Notes under the pieces: generated by a model
Database searches by the model: none
The model's input: the letters and a program-made list of their open reading frames with translations, nothing else
Told to the model about the DNA's origin: nothing
Origin: a virus
Length of the DNA stretch: 64,000 nt
Direction: 5' to 3' (one strand)
IMG/VR virus record: IMGVR_UViG_3300045988_154953
Shown here: piece by piece, positions 24,732-34,994 of the stretch
How the letters are laid out: each line of letters opens with the position of its first letter
Position numbering within the stretch: position 1 is the stretch's first letter
Made by a program: the position numbers and the translations under genes

Positions 24732-25022
24732 ATGAAAAATTTATTATTTGCAGTAATTTCAACATTCATCATAGGATTTGTTTCCGGTTGTGCATACGGA
24801 AATCAGACTAGTGCAGACAATCTTTATCCGATCAGCACAAAAGTTGTCAGTATTGACTATACAACAGATAAAGTGACCGTTGAACAGGCCAACGGAACCA
24901 TGTGGAGTTTCTATGGTTGCGATGACTGGGAACTTGATGACATTTGTAATATGATAATGGATACTTGCGGAACACCAGAAGTCTATGATGACGTAATAGT
25001 TGATTGTAGATATTCAATGTGA
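24732..25022 (+). CDS. putative lipoprotein
   Basis: MKNLLFAVISTFIIGFVSGC is a signal peptide with lipobox FVSGC. ATG at 24732 follows AGTGAGGA; the track start at 24633 is an extension. Confidence 0.6.
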   Translation: MKNLLFAVISTFIIGFVSGCAYGNQTSADNLYPISTKVVSIDYTTDKVTVEQANGTMWSFYGCDDWELDDICNMIMDTCGTPEVYDDVIVDCRYSM

Positions 25023-25029
25023 TAGAATT

Positions 25030-25047
25030 AAACTAATCAATTTAATT
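25030..25047 (+). promoter_or_regulatory. recurrent 18-nt motif AAACTAATCAATTTAATT (copy 4)
   Basis: Plus strand, 34 nt before the ATG at 25081. Confidence 0.5.
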
Positions 25048-25080
25048 TTGCCACACCATAAAAGAAAAGGAGATAGAAAA

Positions 25081-25347
25081 ATGAAAGAAGAAGTTTACGA
25101 AGAGATTGAAGAAATTTCAGATAGGGAAATTTCAGATAGTGATATGTTTTTATTTATTGCTAAAATTGCGTTGTTACTCAGTGCAGTTATTATTGGTGCG
25201 ATTGCATATGGAATCACATATTGTGATTTTACACCAATTGTAATCATGGGATTCTTTGTTTTCCCAGTATTTCTTGGTGGTGTGAAATTAGTTTGGGAGT
25301 ATATAAAAGTAAATCTTTTTGAAGACGGGAAGGAACAACCAAACTAA
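25081..25347 (+). CDS. hypothetical membrane protein
   Basis: AAAGGAG upstream of the ATG at 25081. Acidic N-terminus, then two hydrophobic spans. Confidence 0.6.
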   Translation: MKEEVYEEIEEISDREISDSDMFLFIAKIALLLSAVIIGAIAYGITYCDFTPIVIMGFFVFPVFLGGVKLVWEYIKVNLFEDGKEQPN

Positions 25348-25358
25348 TCAATATAATT
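25341..25358 (+). promoter_or_regulatory. recurrent 18-nt motif AAACTAATCAATATAATT (copy 5)
   Basis: Plus strand. Contains the TAA stop of 25081..25347 and lies 83 nt before the ATG at 25441. Confidence 0.5.
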
Positions 25359-25440
25359 TAAAGAAAGTACATAGGGCATAAACAAAAGTTTGTGCCTCTT
25401 GTAGTGTCTTTAAATTGCACAAAAGAAAGGAGATTTTAAC

Positions 25441-25872
25441 ATGAAATATGAAATTTTGTTCGAGAAAGGTAAATATGCCTTAATTCTCAGAGGTGAAAGC
25501 ATGTCAGAGTATGCAGTTGTGAAAGATTTGGACAATGCAAACAGAGAATGGAATCACACGGTAGGTTACTGTGGATTTGGTTCTAAATGGGGTCATTCAC
25601 AGGTAGATGCGTTATGTACCTGTCTGGAAATATTCAGATATTTTACAGAGCCAGATTATATTTCTCGTAATCGAATTATTGAGTTGGCAACACGATTCAA
25701 AGACAGTTTAGTCACTGCTGATCCAGAGGCAGCGGTTGAATGCTTCGATGAAGATTGTGATTTAACCGAAGAAGAGAAAGAATTTTTCGGTATTGATTAT
25801 GATGAAATTCTTAACGCAAACGAAGATGACGAAGATGAGTTGTATATTGATGAAGATGAGTGGGAGGAATAA
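25441..25872 (+). CDS. hypothetical protein (strongly acidic C-terminus)
   Basis: AAAGGAG upstream. C-terminus NEDDEDELYIDEDEWEE. Confidence 0.6.
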   Translation: MKYEILFEKGKYALILRGESMSEYAVVKDLDNANREWNHTVGYCGFGSKWGHSQVDALCTCLEIFRYFTEPDYISRNRIIELATRFKDSLVTADPEAAVECFDEDCDLTEEEKEFFGIDYDEILNANEDDEDELYIDEDEWEE

Positions 25873-25877
25873 AGCAA

Positions 25878-26153
25878 ATGAAAGAAATTGAATGTTCAGA
25901 CAGAACATTCGCAAATGAATGTCAGGCAGGTAGTACGATTTATAATATCAACGAATTGTTTTCTGCATTGGATGATTTAAAGGAAAAATTCACATATGAA
26001 AAAGCTGCAAGAGTATATGAATTGGCTGAAAATGCAAAGAGCAATTGGAATTTTGTAAAAAGTGAAATTGCAGAAATTAATGATAATTCACGAGTATACA
26101 AAGCATTAGATGACTTCAAAAATAGAGTGAAAAGTGGGGAAGATAGTATTTAG
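25878..26153 (+). CDS. hypothetical protein
   Basis: Trimmed to ATG at 25878 after GGGAGGA. Confidence 0.55.
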   Translation: MKEIECSDRTFANECQAGSTIYNINELFSALDDLKEKFTYEKAARVYELAENAKSNWNFVKSEIAEINDNSRVYKALDDFKNRVKSGEDSI

Positions 26154-26189
26154 AAATACGTGTTTCATTTGAAGATTGGAGGAATCGAC

Positions 26190-26393
26190 ATGAAAAAATA
26201 TTATAGTATTGAAGACGCAATAAACAATGTATCAAGAAAATTGCATCTCAATTTAAAAGATGCAAATAAGATGGATGAGAAAGAACTAGAAGAAGCCGAG
26301 GTCGTGTTAAAGGATTATGTTGAATTTGTAGAACATTCTGAATATGCTCAATTAGTTCCTAAAATAAAAGGGACAAACAAACTTATACTTTGA
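26190..26393 (+). CDS. hypothetical protein
   Basis: Trimmed to ATG at 26190 after TTGGAGGA. Confidence 0.55.
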   Translation: MKKYYSIEDAINNVSRKLHLNLKDANKMDEKELEEAEVVLKDYVEFVEHSEYAQLVPKIKGTNKLIL

Positions 26394-26460
26394 AACTAAG
26401 GTTTCCTAAGAGAAAAGTGGTTTGTATATTGGGAATAAAGTATATTAAGGAGAAATGATT

Positions 26461-26610
26461 ATGTGGACGCCTTGTGATGACCAGATTGCAGAGTATAACG
26501 AAGAAACAGGAAAAATGGAATTACATTACCACTGTCCATATGCAGATGCATATACAGGCTATGAGTGCGAAATGTGCAGAGTATGTTGTGGTCTTGGTGT
26601 AGACGAATGA
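26461..26610 (+). CDS. hypothetical Cys-rich protein (49 aa)
   Basis: Own translation MWTPCDDQIAEYNEETGKMELHYHCPYADAYTGYECEMCRVCCGLGVDE. TAAGGAG upstream. Confidence 0.5.
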   Translation: MWTPCDDQIAEYNEETGKMELHYHCPYADAYTGYECEMCRVCCGLGVDE

Positions 26611-26726
26611 TTTACTCAGATTTTTGCAGAATATCTGTTAAACAAAATTGAACGCAAATCAAAGGCAGCTGGAGAATAAAAACCTAACTATCTGTTTTAT
26701 TACAAGAAAGTAAGGAGGGAAATACC

Positions 26727-26933
26727 ATGAATGACTGGATTAAGAAAATGAATGAGATGTTTGAGGAGAACGCATATACAAACGCAGGACGCGTTACGGT
26801 ATACTACTGCGAGAACGCAAAATGTATTCTTGTCAGTGTATGCAACAATACGTCTATTATCAAAGATATTGATAGATTAAATGATTTTGGCTTGATGATG
26901 GAATGTATTGTAGCAGTGAAAAATCTTTATTAG
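26727..26933 (+). CDS. hypothetical protein
   Basis: TAAGGAGGG upstream; ORF track. Confidence 0.6.
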   Translation: MNDWIKKMNEMFEENAYTNAGRVTVYYCENAKCILVSVCNNTSIIKDIDRLNDFGLMMECIVAVKNLY

Positions 26934-27000
26934 CCCTATTATAAGGCAGTTGGGAGAATAAATACCTAGCTGCCTATTTTATTACAAGGAGAAATACAAA

Positions 27001-27276
27001 ATGTTGAAGGTAAATGACAAAGTAAAAGTGCATATGTATGACACATGTAGCAGAGAAATTAAGACACGGAACTATGGAACTATATTCATAGTTCGTGAGG
27101 AAAACGGAAAGATTGGTATTGATTGGAATACAGATAAATCTCCAACAACTTGTAATGGTGAAGTATTTACACCATTTGAAACATTTTCGTATAGTGTCAT
27201 TTTCGAGAATGTAGAGAATGGAAAGAAATATTATTGGAGCAACGCAAACAACAAAATTGTAGAAATGGAGGACTGA
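27001..27276 (+). CDS. hypothetical protein
   Basis: CAAGGAG upstream; ORF track. Confidence 0.6.
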   Translation: MLKVNDKVKVHMYDTCSREIKTRNYGTIFIVREENGKIGIDWNTDKSPTTCNGEVFTPFETFSYSVIFENVENGKKYYWSNANNKIVEMED

Positions 27277-27278
27277 CT

Positions 27279-27548
27279 ATGAGTGCATGGTTATATGATC
27301 CTGAAAAGGATTCACGGAATGGAAAAGAGTTTACATATAATTTGCCTATACATGAGAATGATATGTTATTCAATGGATTTACTTATAGAGAAATAATGGA
27401 TTTAGTGATTGCAAATTGTGGTCACGATGTAACGGAAGCACAATTTGACAAAGAGTTAAGTGATTTTCTTGATATGCGAATTGAAGAGATGAAAGAGAAT
27501 TTAATGCTGTGTAAGGCAAATATGCTGAAAGAAATTAGAAAGGTGTGA
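27279..27548 (+). CDS. hypothetical protein
   Basis: Trimmed to ATG at 27279 (MSAWLYD) after ATGGAGGA. Confidence 0.55.
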   Translation: MSAWLYDPEKDSRNGKEFTYNLPIHENDMLFNGFTYREIMDLVIANCGHDVTEAQFDKELSDFLDMRIEEMKENLMLCKANMLKEIRKV

Positions 27549-27553
27549 TGAAT

Positions 27554-29272
27554 ATGAGCAGCTTGAAAAAATTTGTAGGTGATTATGCCTATTCTTATAT
27601 TAAAAATATTGCAGTTGACCAGGATAAATTAAGACATGCATTAGTAACTCCACAGAACGCAAGGAATGTGTTTTCTGAATTGGACGAGTTTCAGATAAAG
27701 TCCATCTGTGCTGAAATAAGTACAAATGATACCTTTGGAACAATAAGGGAAACTACGCAGGAAGAAATCATTGAAGATTTTAAGAAAGCTGGATATGACA
27801 CTGTAATTTTTGATGACGAAGAGAAAATAGCAGAATGCAAAAAGTATTATGCAGCAGGAGAAGTAATTTGCACTTATAATAATCTTTCTGGTCGTATGAG
27901 TCAGTATCATATGTTGGTTGCAATTAAGAAAGATATTGATAAAATACAGAGAAGTAAAACACCAAAAAGGGAAGATGAATATGGTACATCTATTCTTAAT
28001 ATTCAGATAGCAAAAAACGGAAGCCATATGTCTATTAAAAATCGCTATAATCACACCGTAAGCGAATGCGATAGTACACTTAATAATAATCTGGATTTGT
28101 TAGTTCCTGGATTACAGGCAAAGGTGCTTGGATATTATAACATAGCTTCTCTTAATAAGAATAAAACCTATTATAGAAACATTGCTAAAATAAACGGAGT
28201 TTATCTAAAATATGTCACAGAAGTTGAAAATGTGTATTTTGGCAACTTTGTTCTTGATAGTAAAAACGGAGTAAGATTTGCAGACAACGGAAGATATTAT
28301 GTGAATACTGATCGTGATAATCTTTGTGTTCTTGATTTTCATGCTAAAAAAGTAATCAAACTTTTTAATGATAGAAATCAAATTAGTAAGGGAACTTTAC
28401 TGACAAGGGCAATGAAAGAGAATTTGCTGCATAGTGGCAATAAAGAGCATATAAATGAACTTAATATTGTTTTTGATAATGCTTTGAAAGAACTATTGCA
28501 GTGCAGAAGAAAGGCATTACAATTCCTTGCTTGTTGTTATGGTTACGATTTTCAAAAGCCATTCAAGGTAACTGGATTACTTGGAAAGTTTACAGCTAAG
28601 AGCATTGAAAAAATAACAGGAAACAATAGTGGAATATTATTAGTCTGCAAAGGAACGGAAGTTCTTTGTGTTGAATTAAACACAGGGAAGTTTAATGTAG
28701 ATGTAGAACAAGCATATTCATATTCGATTGATTATTATTATGCAAAATATGATTTTGAAGCGGACAGAAAAAGTGGAAAACTTGGAGTATTCATTATTCA
28801 ACAGAGTAATGAATATAAAAGAAAAGTGAAAAGAACTTCTACTTATTCTTATTCTTACCTTTATAGTTGTAGCAGTAATGAAATATTTGATAAAAGTGGA
28901 TGCAACTTAACAGAAACAAGAGAAGAATTACGCTGTCGTCTTCGCAAATACAAAGCAGATAAGCGGAAAAGAGAAGTTGATTCGATTAGTTATGCAGCAG
29001 ATCTGAAAGAAATTAAGGAAATGTTTCAGACATTAAAAGAAAAGCTTGTTGTTAAGTTAAGCGAGGCAAAAACTAGCGAAGATTATAAAAATATTGAGAA
29101 CATATTTGATTATCGTTTTACATGGATGGTGAGGAATATAGAGAATTTTGAAACAAAGGTTACGCAAAATAATTTCCGTAACATAGAAGAAGCAACTTAT
29201 AGTATTAAAAGTTTAAAGGAACAAATTGAAGTGAAAATAAGAAAGATAAACGGGAAAGAGGAGGAATATTGA
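27554..29272 (+). CDS. hypothetical protein (572 aa)
   Basis: Long ORF; GTG 27545, ATG 27548 and ATG 27554 are possible starts, and 27554 has the best spacing to AAAGGTG. No motif recognised. Antisense ORF 27641..28054 rejected. Confidence 0.65.
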   Translation: MSSLKKFVGDYAYSYIKNIAVDQDKLRHALVTPQNARNVFSELDEFQIKSICAEISTNDTFGTIRETTQEEIIEDFKKAGYDTVIFDDEEKIAECKKYYAAGEVICTYNNLSGRMSQYHMLVAIKKDIDKIQRSKTPKREDEYGTSILNIQIAKNGSHMSIKNRYNHTVSECDSTLNNNLDLLVPGLQAKVLGYYNIASLNKNKTYYRNIAKINGVYLKYVTEVENVYFGNFVLDSKNGVRFADNGRYYVNTDRDNLCVLDFHAKKVIKLFNDRNQISKGTLLTRAMKENLLHSGNKEHINELNIVFDNALKELLQCRRKALQFLACCYGYDFQKPFKVTGLLGKFTAKSIEKITGNNSGILLVCKGTEVLCVELNTGKFNVDVEQAYSYSIDYYYAKYDFEADRKSGKLGVFIIQQSNEYKRKVKRTSTYSYSYLYSCSSNEIFDKSGCNLTETREELRCRLRKYKADKRKREVDSISYAADLKEIKEMFQTLKEKLVVKLSEAKTSEDYKNIENIFDYRFTWMVRNIENFETKVTQNNFRNIEEATYSIKSLKEQIEVKIRKINGKEEEY

Positions 29273-29273
29273 T

Positions 29274-29471
29274 ATGCTGAAAATTGAAATTAAAACAGAT
29301 GGTGCAGCATTTTGTGATCCTTGTGATGGAAATGAAAGCGAATATTGGGAGGCTGTCGAGTTAAAACGTATACTTGAAGACATTTGCGTTAAGTTGGAAG
29401 ACGGAGTAACAAGTGGTAGTTGCATTGACATCAATGGAAATAAAACAGGTGAATGGAGCCTGGAAATGTGA
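29274..29471 (+). CDS. hypothetical protein
   Basis: GAGGAGGAA upstream; ORF track. Confidence 0.55.
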   Translation: MLKIEIKTDGAAFCDPCDGNESEYWEAVELKRILEDICVKLEDGVTSGSCIDINGNKTGEWSLEM

Positions 29472-29544
29472 GGTGATAGATTGTATGATTAACAGTTGTA
29501 AATCATAATTATCTAAGGTAAAATAAATACAGGAGGTATGAATT

Positions 29545-29790
29545 ATGACAGATATTGAAGTATTGATGAAAGATGGTTGTACAAAGGCAGAAGCCGAAAA
29601 TCATCTGAAAAAAGGTACTCAGGTTATTGATGATCTTGAAGAACATTTTGAAGACTATATGACAGAATGGTGTATTGATGAGGATGAGAAAGATAAGTAC
29701 AGACAGATGATTGAGACAAAGGAACCGATTGTAAATTGGGGTATTGTCCAGACGGAAAATAATACATATTATATTGCATATGTATTATAA
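29545..29790 (+). CDS. hypothetical protein
   Basis: CAGGAGG upstream; ORF track. Confidence 0.6.
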   Translation: MTDIEVLMKDGCTKAEAENHLKKGTQVIDDLEEHFEDYMTEWCIDEDEKDKYRQMIETKEPIVNWGIVQTENNTYYIAYVL

Positions 29791-29814
29791 TCATAATTTA
29801 ATATACCAGACATA

Positions 29815-29848
29815 AGCAGATATCAATTGTGATATCTGCTTTTTTTAT
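29815..29848 (+). terminator. Rho-independent terminator
   Basis: Perfect 10-bp stem AGCAGAUAUC/GAUAUCUGCU (29815-29824 / 29831-29840), followed by U7. Confidence 0.7.
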
Positions 29849-29864
29849 TGAAAGGAGGATGTGT

Positions 29865-29942
29865 ATGGTGATTTACGCAACAGATGGAATTGTAACACAA
29901 AAAAGCGAAATTAAAACCGAATATACAGCGGCGAGAGGCTGA
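29865..29942 (+). CDS. hypothetical 25-aa peptide
   Basis: Own translation MVIYATDGIVTQKSEIKTEYTAARG. Strong AAAGGAGG upstream. Confidence 0.35.
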   Translation: MVIYATDGIVTQKSEIKTEYTAARG

Positions 29943-29949
29943 GGGAATC

Positions 29950-30039
29950 ATGATAGAAATGTTCGCAGATGATTACCTTGGCCTTAGTTATTATCTGGAA
30001 GATGATGATGGAAACGAAATATTAGCACTTGAACAGTAA
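29950..30039 (+). CDS. hypothetical 29-aa acidic peptide
   Basis: Own translation MIEMFADDYLGLSYYLEDDDGNEILALEQ. GAGGG upstream. Confidence 0.35.
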   Translation: MIEMFADDYLGLSYYLEDDDGNEILALEQ

Positions 30040-30069
30040 ATAAAAAGAGATATAAAGGAGATATTTATT

Positions 30070-31008
30070 ATGAAGAACATCGTGAAAATGAACAATACAA
30101 CAGCAGCTACAAACAACAACGCAAAAATGTATGATTTAGTTATGAACTCAACTAAACAGGTTGGATCAAAAGTATACGCATATATTCCAACGGAATTATT
30201 ATTTGTAGATCCAGAATTTCAGAGAGATTCTAATTCTGCTAAATTCCAGAGGAAAGTAAAAATTCTTAAAGAAAAATGGGATATTAACAAAATGGATGCA
30301 TTAAGAGTCGTACCTCATCCAGAAGAATATAAATTTTCTATTATTGACGGAAGTCATCGCGATGAAGTAGCTATCGAACTTGGAATACCTGGTCTTGAAT
30401 GTGAGATTGTTTTTGGATTACCAGATGACCCAGAAAAAAGGCGTGTTGAAGAAGCAAAATTATTCTCAACACAGGATAATGAGAAAGACGTATTAACTCC
30501 TGTTGAGAAACATAAGGCATATGTATTGTGTGGAGTAAGAGAAAATTGTATTTTAGATAAATTAGTTAGAAAATACAATATTCCAATTAAAAAGAATCCT
30601 TCCCATGGTCGTGTACCAGTCGGAGCACTCGCTGGGTTTACAAAATCATTGTATATTATTAAGAAAGATGGAGAATCCATGATGGATGATATTTTTTATA
30701 TTCTCTGTGAAAGTAGATGGAATATTGCATCCAAAGGATTAGGTGCATTAACTATTACATCTGTTTATCATGTACTTTCATATCATCCTGATTATAGAAA
30801 TGAAATTAAAACAGTAATGATTGATTACTTTAAAGAGATTGAACCAGAAAACTTTTTTGCAGAAGCTTCAGTTAAGTATTCAAAGCGAACATTAACACAG
30901 AGCGAAAGACTTACGGTATATCTTGAAGATGTTGTTTGTGAGCATTTAGATATTGAAAGAAGCACAAGTACAAAGAAAATTCTTAGTAAGTCAAAAATTT
31001 CAGCATAA
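30070..31008 (+). CDS. ParB/Srx-fold (ParB N-terminal nuclease-like) domain protein
   Basis: LLFVDPEFQRD...FSIIDGSHRDEVAIELG (DGxHR motif). AAAGGAG upstream. Confidence 0.65.
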   Translation: MKNIVKMNNTTAATNNNAKMYDLVMNSTKQVGSKVYAYIPTELLFVDPEFQRDSNSAKFQRKVKILKEKWDINKMDALRVVPHPEEYKFSIIDGSHRDEVAIELGIPGLECEIVFGLPDDPEKRRVEEAKLFSTQDNEKDVLTPVEKHKAYVLCGVRENCILDKLVRKYNIPIKKNPSHGRVPVGALAGFTKSLYIIKKDGESMMDDIFYILCESRWNIASKGLGALTITSVYHVLSYHPDYRNEIKTVMIDYFKEIEPENFFAEASVKYSKRTLTQSERLTVYLEDVVCEHLDIERSTSTKKILSKSKISA

Positions 31009-31163
31009 ACCGAAACTTAAAATAGCATTGTAAAAATGCCACTGAGAGAAATCTTAGTGGCATAACTAAGCATCAAATACATGGGAACTATAGGTTCCCC
31101 TCCTTTCTTAAAATTGGTGTTTAGTTATGTCATTAAGACATAAAGTGAAAGGAGAAATTTAAA

Positions 31164-31340
31164 ATGACACTTGGAGAATTATTAGAGATGTTAAGCGAAA
31201 ACAAAAATGTAAATGTATGGCTGAATGGTCAGTTGGTAGCCAGATATGATGGCAGAGATTCTATCTCGGAACATTTCAATCATCATTTTGTTGATCGTAT
31301 TGATTGTTACGTTAATGAATTTCACATTTACATCATCTAA
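31164..31340 (+). CDS. hypothetical protein (58 aa)
   Basis: Own translation MTLGELLEMLSENKNVNVWLNGQLVARYDG... AAAGGAG upstream. Antisense track ORF 31191..31427 rejected. Confidence 0.5.
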   Translation: MTLGELLEMLSENKNVNVWLNGQLVARYDGRDSISEHFNHHFVDRIDCYVNEFHIYII

Positions 31341-31358
31341 GCGAAAGGAGAATTTATC

Positions 31359-32216
31359 ATGAAAAAGATTACAAGAGAAATGGTTGTCAACGAACTTAAC
31401 AACAGAGGCTACAACACAAAAGAACAAAAAGTAAATAAAAATAGCGTTGAATTTAACGCAATTACGATTGAAATGGATGGAAACATTTCACCTTTGATCT
31501 ATCCAGACGAACGAATTGAGGCTGCAAACAATAACGAAATCACATTTGATGATGTTGTAAATGGAATTATTGAATTGTATGAAAATGTAAAATCTAAAAA
31601 TATAGGTTTTAAGAAATTTTCTAATAAAGATTTTATTCTTGAAAATATTTACATTGGTTTACAGAAAAAGAGTAATAAAGACATTGTAAAAATCCCTAAT
31701 GAGTTTGATATTGAAGCATATCTATTTATTCGGATAACTGATACGGATGATAATTTATGTACAGTAATGGTAAAGCCTGGATTACTTCGTGAAGCATCTA
31801 TTGATAAAAATGAAGCATGGGATAGAGCAAGAAAGAATACTTTTGCTGAAACAGAAATTATTCCTATGGTAAAGTATATGTGCGAATTAACTGGTATGAA
31901 ATATACTAATGAGACAGAAGAGATGTTTGCAATGAATCCACCTGTTTATATTCTTACTAACAAAAGTAAATATAGAGGTGCATCAGCATTTCTCAATAAG
32001 AAAGCATTAAAAGAAATCTGTGACAAAAACAATACAACAAAACTTGTAGCAATTCCAAGTTCAATTCATGAGTTTTTGATTCAGCCATATGATGAATCTT
32101 TAGGGATAAGCATTGATGAGTTTTCTAAAATGGTAATGGAAGTCAATGCATCAACTGTTGATCCGGTTGATCAGCTTGCATCAAGAGCATTTATTATCAA
32201 TAAAGAGGATTTGTAA
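31359..32216 (+). CDS. hypothetical protein
   Basis: GAAAGGAG upstream; 285 aa; no motif recognised. Confidence 0.65.
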   Translation: MKKITREMVVNELNNRGYNTKEQKVNKNSVEFNAITIEMDGNISPLIYPDERIEAANNNEITFDDVVNGIIELYENVKSKNIGFKKFSNKDFILENIYIGLQKKSNKDIVKIPNEFDIEAYLFIRITDTDDNLCTVMVKPGLLREASIDKNEAWDRARKNTFAETEIIPMVKYMCELTGMKYTNETEEMFAMNPPVYILTNKSKYRGASAFLNKKALKEICDKNNTTKLVAIPSSIHEFLIQPYDESLGISIDEFSKMVMEVNASTVDPVDQLASRAFIINKEDL

Positions 32217-32294
32217 TTAATATACACAATTAATGTATAAGCATACATAATGTGGTATTATTCCCACACTGAACTAAAAAGAAGGAGAGCTAGA

Positions 32295-32975
32295 ATGGGC
32301 TTAGTTTATAGTTTTAGCGAAACAAAAGAAGAGAAGTTATATGAATCTTACGGTATGGTAGTATACGGAAACGTAAACAAATATACCTGGACAATCTATC
32401 CAGATAGACCAGATGAAGAAGTATATACATCCATTAGAATCGAAAAAGATGGAGAAGATATTGTAAATGAAAAGCTTGGCAATAGATGTATCTTTAAAGA
32501 AGTTTTTGAAAGAACGATTGATAACTTTTTATGGTGGCTTGATCAAGACAAACCTGATCCATACGATGTAGAGAGGATGATTTTTAAGAGTTTATGTGAA
32601 AATAGCTCATTATTCAACTATCGGATAGAAAACCGAAAGCAGAAAATGCTTGAAAAATATAGAGAAAATGAACGTGCCGAAAAGCGAAAAATCCAGATGA
32701 AAGAACTGTTTCATCAGTTGCAGTCTATATGTGACAAAAAGAAATGGTTACTCTATCAGCATGGTGATTATCCATATTGTGACTGTTATATTTTTAAAGC
32801 CAAACGTGCAAAAGAATATATCTTAGATGCAATTGCGGCAGATAAATCTAATAGAATTAAAAGTTTTGCTGATTTTGCAAAGGAACATCCAGACAATACG
32901 GATGTTGAATTAATTGCATCTGGATATATTGAAAATGTTGTAAATATGCTGAAAGAGAGAGGAATAAAATTATGA
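32295..32975 (+). CDS. hypothetical protein
   Basis: Trimmed to ATG at 32295 (MGLVYSF) after GAAGGAG. Confidence 0.6.
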   Translation: MGLVYSFSETKEEKLYESYGMVVYGNVNKYTWTIYPDRPDEEVYTSIRIEKDGEDIVNEKLGNRCIFKEVFERTIDNFLWWLDQDKPDPYDVERMIFKSLCENSSLFNYRIENRKQKMLEKYRENERAEKRKIQMKELFHQLQSICDKKKWLLYQHGDYPYCDCYIFKAKRAKEYILDAIAADKSNRIKSFADFAKEHPDNTDVELIASGYIENVVNMLKERGIKL

Positions 32976-33592
32976 TTGAAATTAGAATTAATAATACTGG
33001 TGATGGCTGCTATTGGTTATATGGAGAAGATAAATTGTGGAAAAATTATATTCATGAAGATTTTGATGAACATGTGGTTTTATATGGTAACAGAAGTTAC
33101 AATGGATGTAAAGAAGCTTCATGGTATGAAAGAACTATGGAAATTCTGAATGATATTGATGATTGGGATGAGTACCCAGAAGATTTACCAGACGAAACAA
33201 ACGCAAAGTTAAAAGAGCTGTACGATGGCTGTCGGAATATTAATAACATTGTGGTAGACGTTATTAAACTTTTATATCCAAATGATAAGTTTAAAAGTGG
33301 TACACTTACAGGATATTCCCAGGGAGATTGGGAGTATTACATTGTAAAGGGAGATGTTGATACAGAACTACTTGAGGCATTATATTTTAATAAAATTTCA
33401 GATGTAACTGTATTCGATGGTAATGATAATATTAGTGGATTCATTACCGATGATGATTTATGGGAAGCAGAAAGAAATGGAACTTTAGGTAAATTGTTAA
33501 GAGAAAGATTTGACATCTCGGATGATGAAGATGTCAAAATCTATAAGGCAGATGGATACAAGGAGATTATTGATTGGCAGGAAGTTTGCTAG
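32972..33592 (+). CDS. hypothetical protein (acidic)
   Basis: ATGA stop/start overlap with the upstream ORF; ORF track. Confidence 0.6.
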   Translation: MIEIRINNTGDGCYWLYGEDKLWKNYIHEDFDEHVVLYGNRSYNGCKEASWYERTMEILNDIDDWDEYPEDLPDETNAKLKELYDGCRNINNIVVDVIKLLYPNDKFKSGTLTGYSQGDWEYYIVKGDVDTELLEALYFNKISDVTVFDGNDNISGFITDDDLWEAERNGTLGKLLRERFDISDDEDVKIYKADGYKEIIDWQEVC

Positions 33593-33610
33593 AAAAAAAG
33601 AGAGGAAATT

Positions 33611-33964
33611 ATGAAAGCATATAAGTTATTAAGAGTTTTATCAGATGGAAATCTTTACCCATTGTTTATTCATAAAACATATACCACACCATTGAATGAA
33701 TGGTTGCAGGCAGAATGTTATCCGACAAAGGGATTTGCAATTCGTAAAGGATATCATTGTACATTCACACCATATGCCCCACACCTTTCTATGAGACTTT
33801 CGAATGGAGAGCAGCGGATCTGGTGTGAATGTGAGATTGAAGACTGGAATACATACGACCGGCCAGAATCACAAGGCGGTAAATGGATTCTTGCTCAGAG
33901 AATGAAAATTCTCAGAACACTTACGGAAGAAGAAGTTAAAAATATCTTAAAAGCAGCTGCATAA
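33611..33964 (+). CDS. hypothetical protein
   Basis: AGAGAGGAA upstream; ORF track. Confidence 0.6.
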   Translation: MKAYKLLRVLSDGNLYPLFIHKTYTTPLNEWLQAECYPTKGFAIRKGYHCTFTPYAPHLSMRLSNGEQRIWCECEIEDWNTYDRPESQGGKWILAQRMKILRTLTEEEVKNILKAAA

Positions 33965-33976
33965 GGAAGTGAAATT

Positions 33977-34282
33977 ATGATTAGTACAGTAGATACGACA
34001 TTAAGTGTGATCAATGGATATGCTTGTATAGTTCCTGTTCAATATCCAAATTGGTATGATATTCCTGAAATTGGATTTATCAATCATGGTGAATGGTCAG
34101 ATCCTTACATTGAGTACAAAGGTAAACAGATTAATTCACATATTATTGAAGATGCAATGTATGAAGAATATTGTGAAGAATGTGAGCCTGGTAAAGACAA
34201 CTTGGATGATTTTGCAATTTATATGAAAAACCATACCGAATATGTATACAATTTAATTGATGAAATAAACGTATGCATATAA
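33977..34282 (+). CDS. hypothetical protein
   Basis: TAAGGAAG upstream; ORF track. Confidence 0.6.
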   Translation: MISTVDTTLSVINGYACIVPVQYPNWYDIPEIGFINHGEWSDPYIEYKGKQINSHIIEDAMYEEYCEECEPGKDNLDDFAIYMKNHTEYVYNLIDEINVCI

Positions 34283-34298
34283 ACTAATCAATATAATT
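34281..34298 (+). promoter_or_regulatory. recurrent 18-nt motif AAACTAATCAATATAATT (copy 6)
   Basis: Plus strand. Begins inside the TAA stop of 33977..34282. Confidence 0.5.
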
Positions 34299-34340
34299 AT
34301 TTATATTGAATGAATATGATACATATGCTATTATAAGAGT

Positions 34341-34358
34341 AGACTAATCAATATAATT
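34341..34358 (+). promoter_or_regulatory. recurrent 18-nt motif AGACTAATCAATATAATT (copy 7)
   Basis: Plus strand, 60 nt after copy 6 and 119 nt before the ATG at 34477. Confidence 0.5.
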
Positions 34359-34476
34359 ACGATAGGTAAAACAAATGAAATATTATGCGATTAGAGTTAC
34401 AAAAACTAAAGATATGTTTACAATATTTTTGAGTATATACAAAACCTATTAAAACAAATGCGAAAGGAAATACAAA

Positions 34477-34773
34477 ATGTTCAAAACAAGACGAATGCCT
34501 ATTTACAATTATCTGGATTTATCAACAGCTCATATTAAAGAGAAAACGTATAAATGGCTGGAAGAACAGATTGATAAGAAAACTCCATCAGCAATTGTAT
34601 ACAGAAAAGATGCTGGATTGTTTGTATGTGTTCCACCAGATATGACAGAGGAATGGAAAGTACCTGATGATCTTAGATACTGTTTATGGTGTGCATATAA
34701 ATATAACTGTAATTGGATTATCTTCGATGCAGATGCACCGGTGATTGATGACTTAGTTCAGTATGAATGGTAG
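34477..34773 (+). CDS. hypothetical protein
   Basis: GAAAGGAAA upstream; ORF track. Confidence 0.6.
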   Translation: MFKTRRMPIYNYLDLSTAHIKEKTYKWLEEQIDKKTPSAIVYRKDAGLFVCVPPDMTEEWKVPDDLRYCLWCAYKYNCNWIIFDADAPVIDDLVQYEW

Positions 34774-34782
34774 GTGATATAA

Positions 34783-34980
34783 ATGTATACAGATACTACA
34801 AGGATTATTGAAAATGTTACAAATCAGTTTCCAGAAGCGAAAAATAAAAATTTGGAAGTAATGTATGATACTGATTCATTTGAATATCAAGTATCTAATC
34901 AAGAGTATTGTTATGCATTCTATGATGATGATCATGGTAATGGTAGAAGGCAAGTTGAACAGTTCATTAGAGAATATTGA
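34783..34980 (+). CDS. hypothetical protein
   Basis: AGGTGAT upstream; ORF track. Confidence 0.55.
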   Translation: MYTDTTRIIENVTNQFPEAKNKNLEVMYDTDSFEYQVSNQEYCYAFYDDDHGNGRRQVEQFIREY

Positions 34981-34994
34981 AAGGAATGATAATC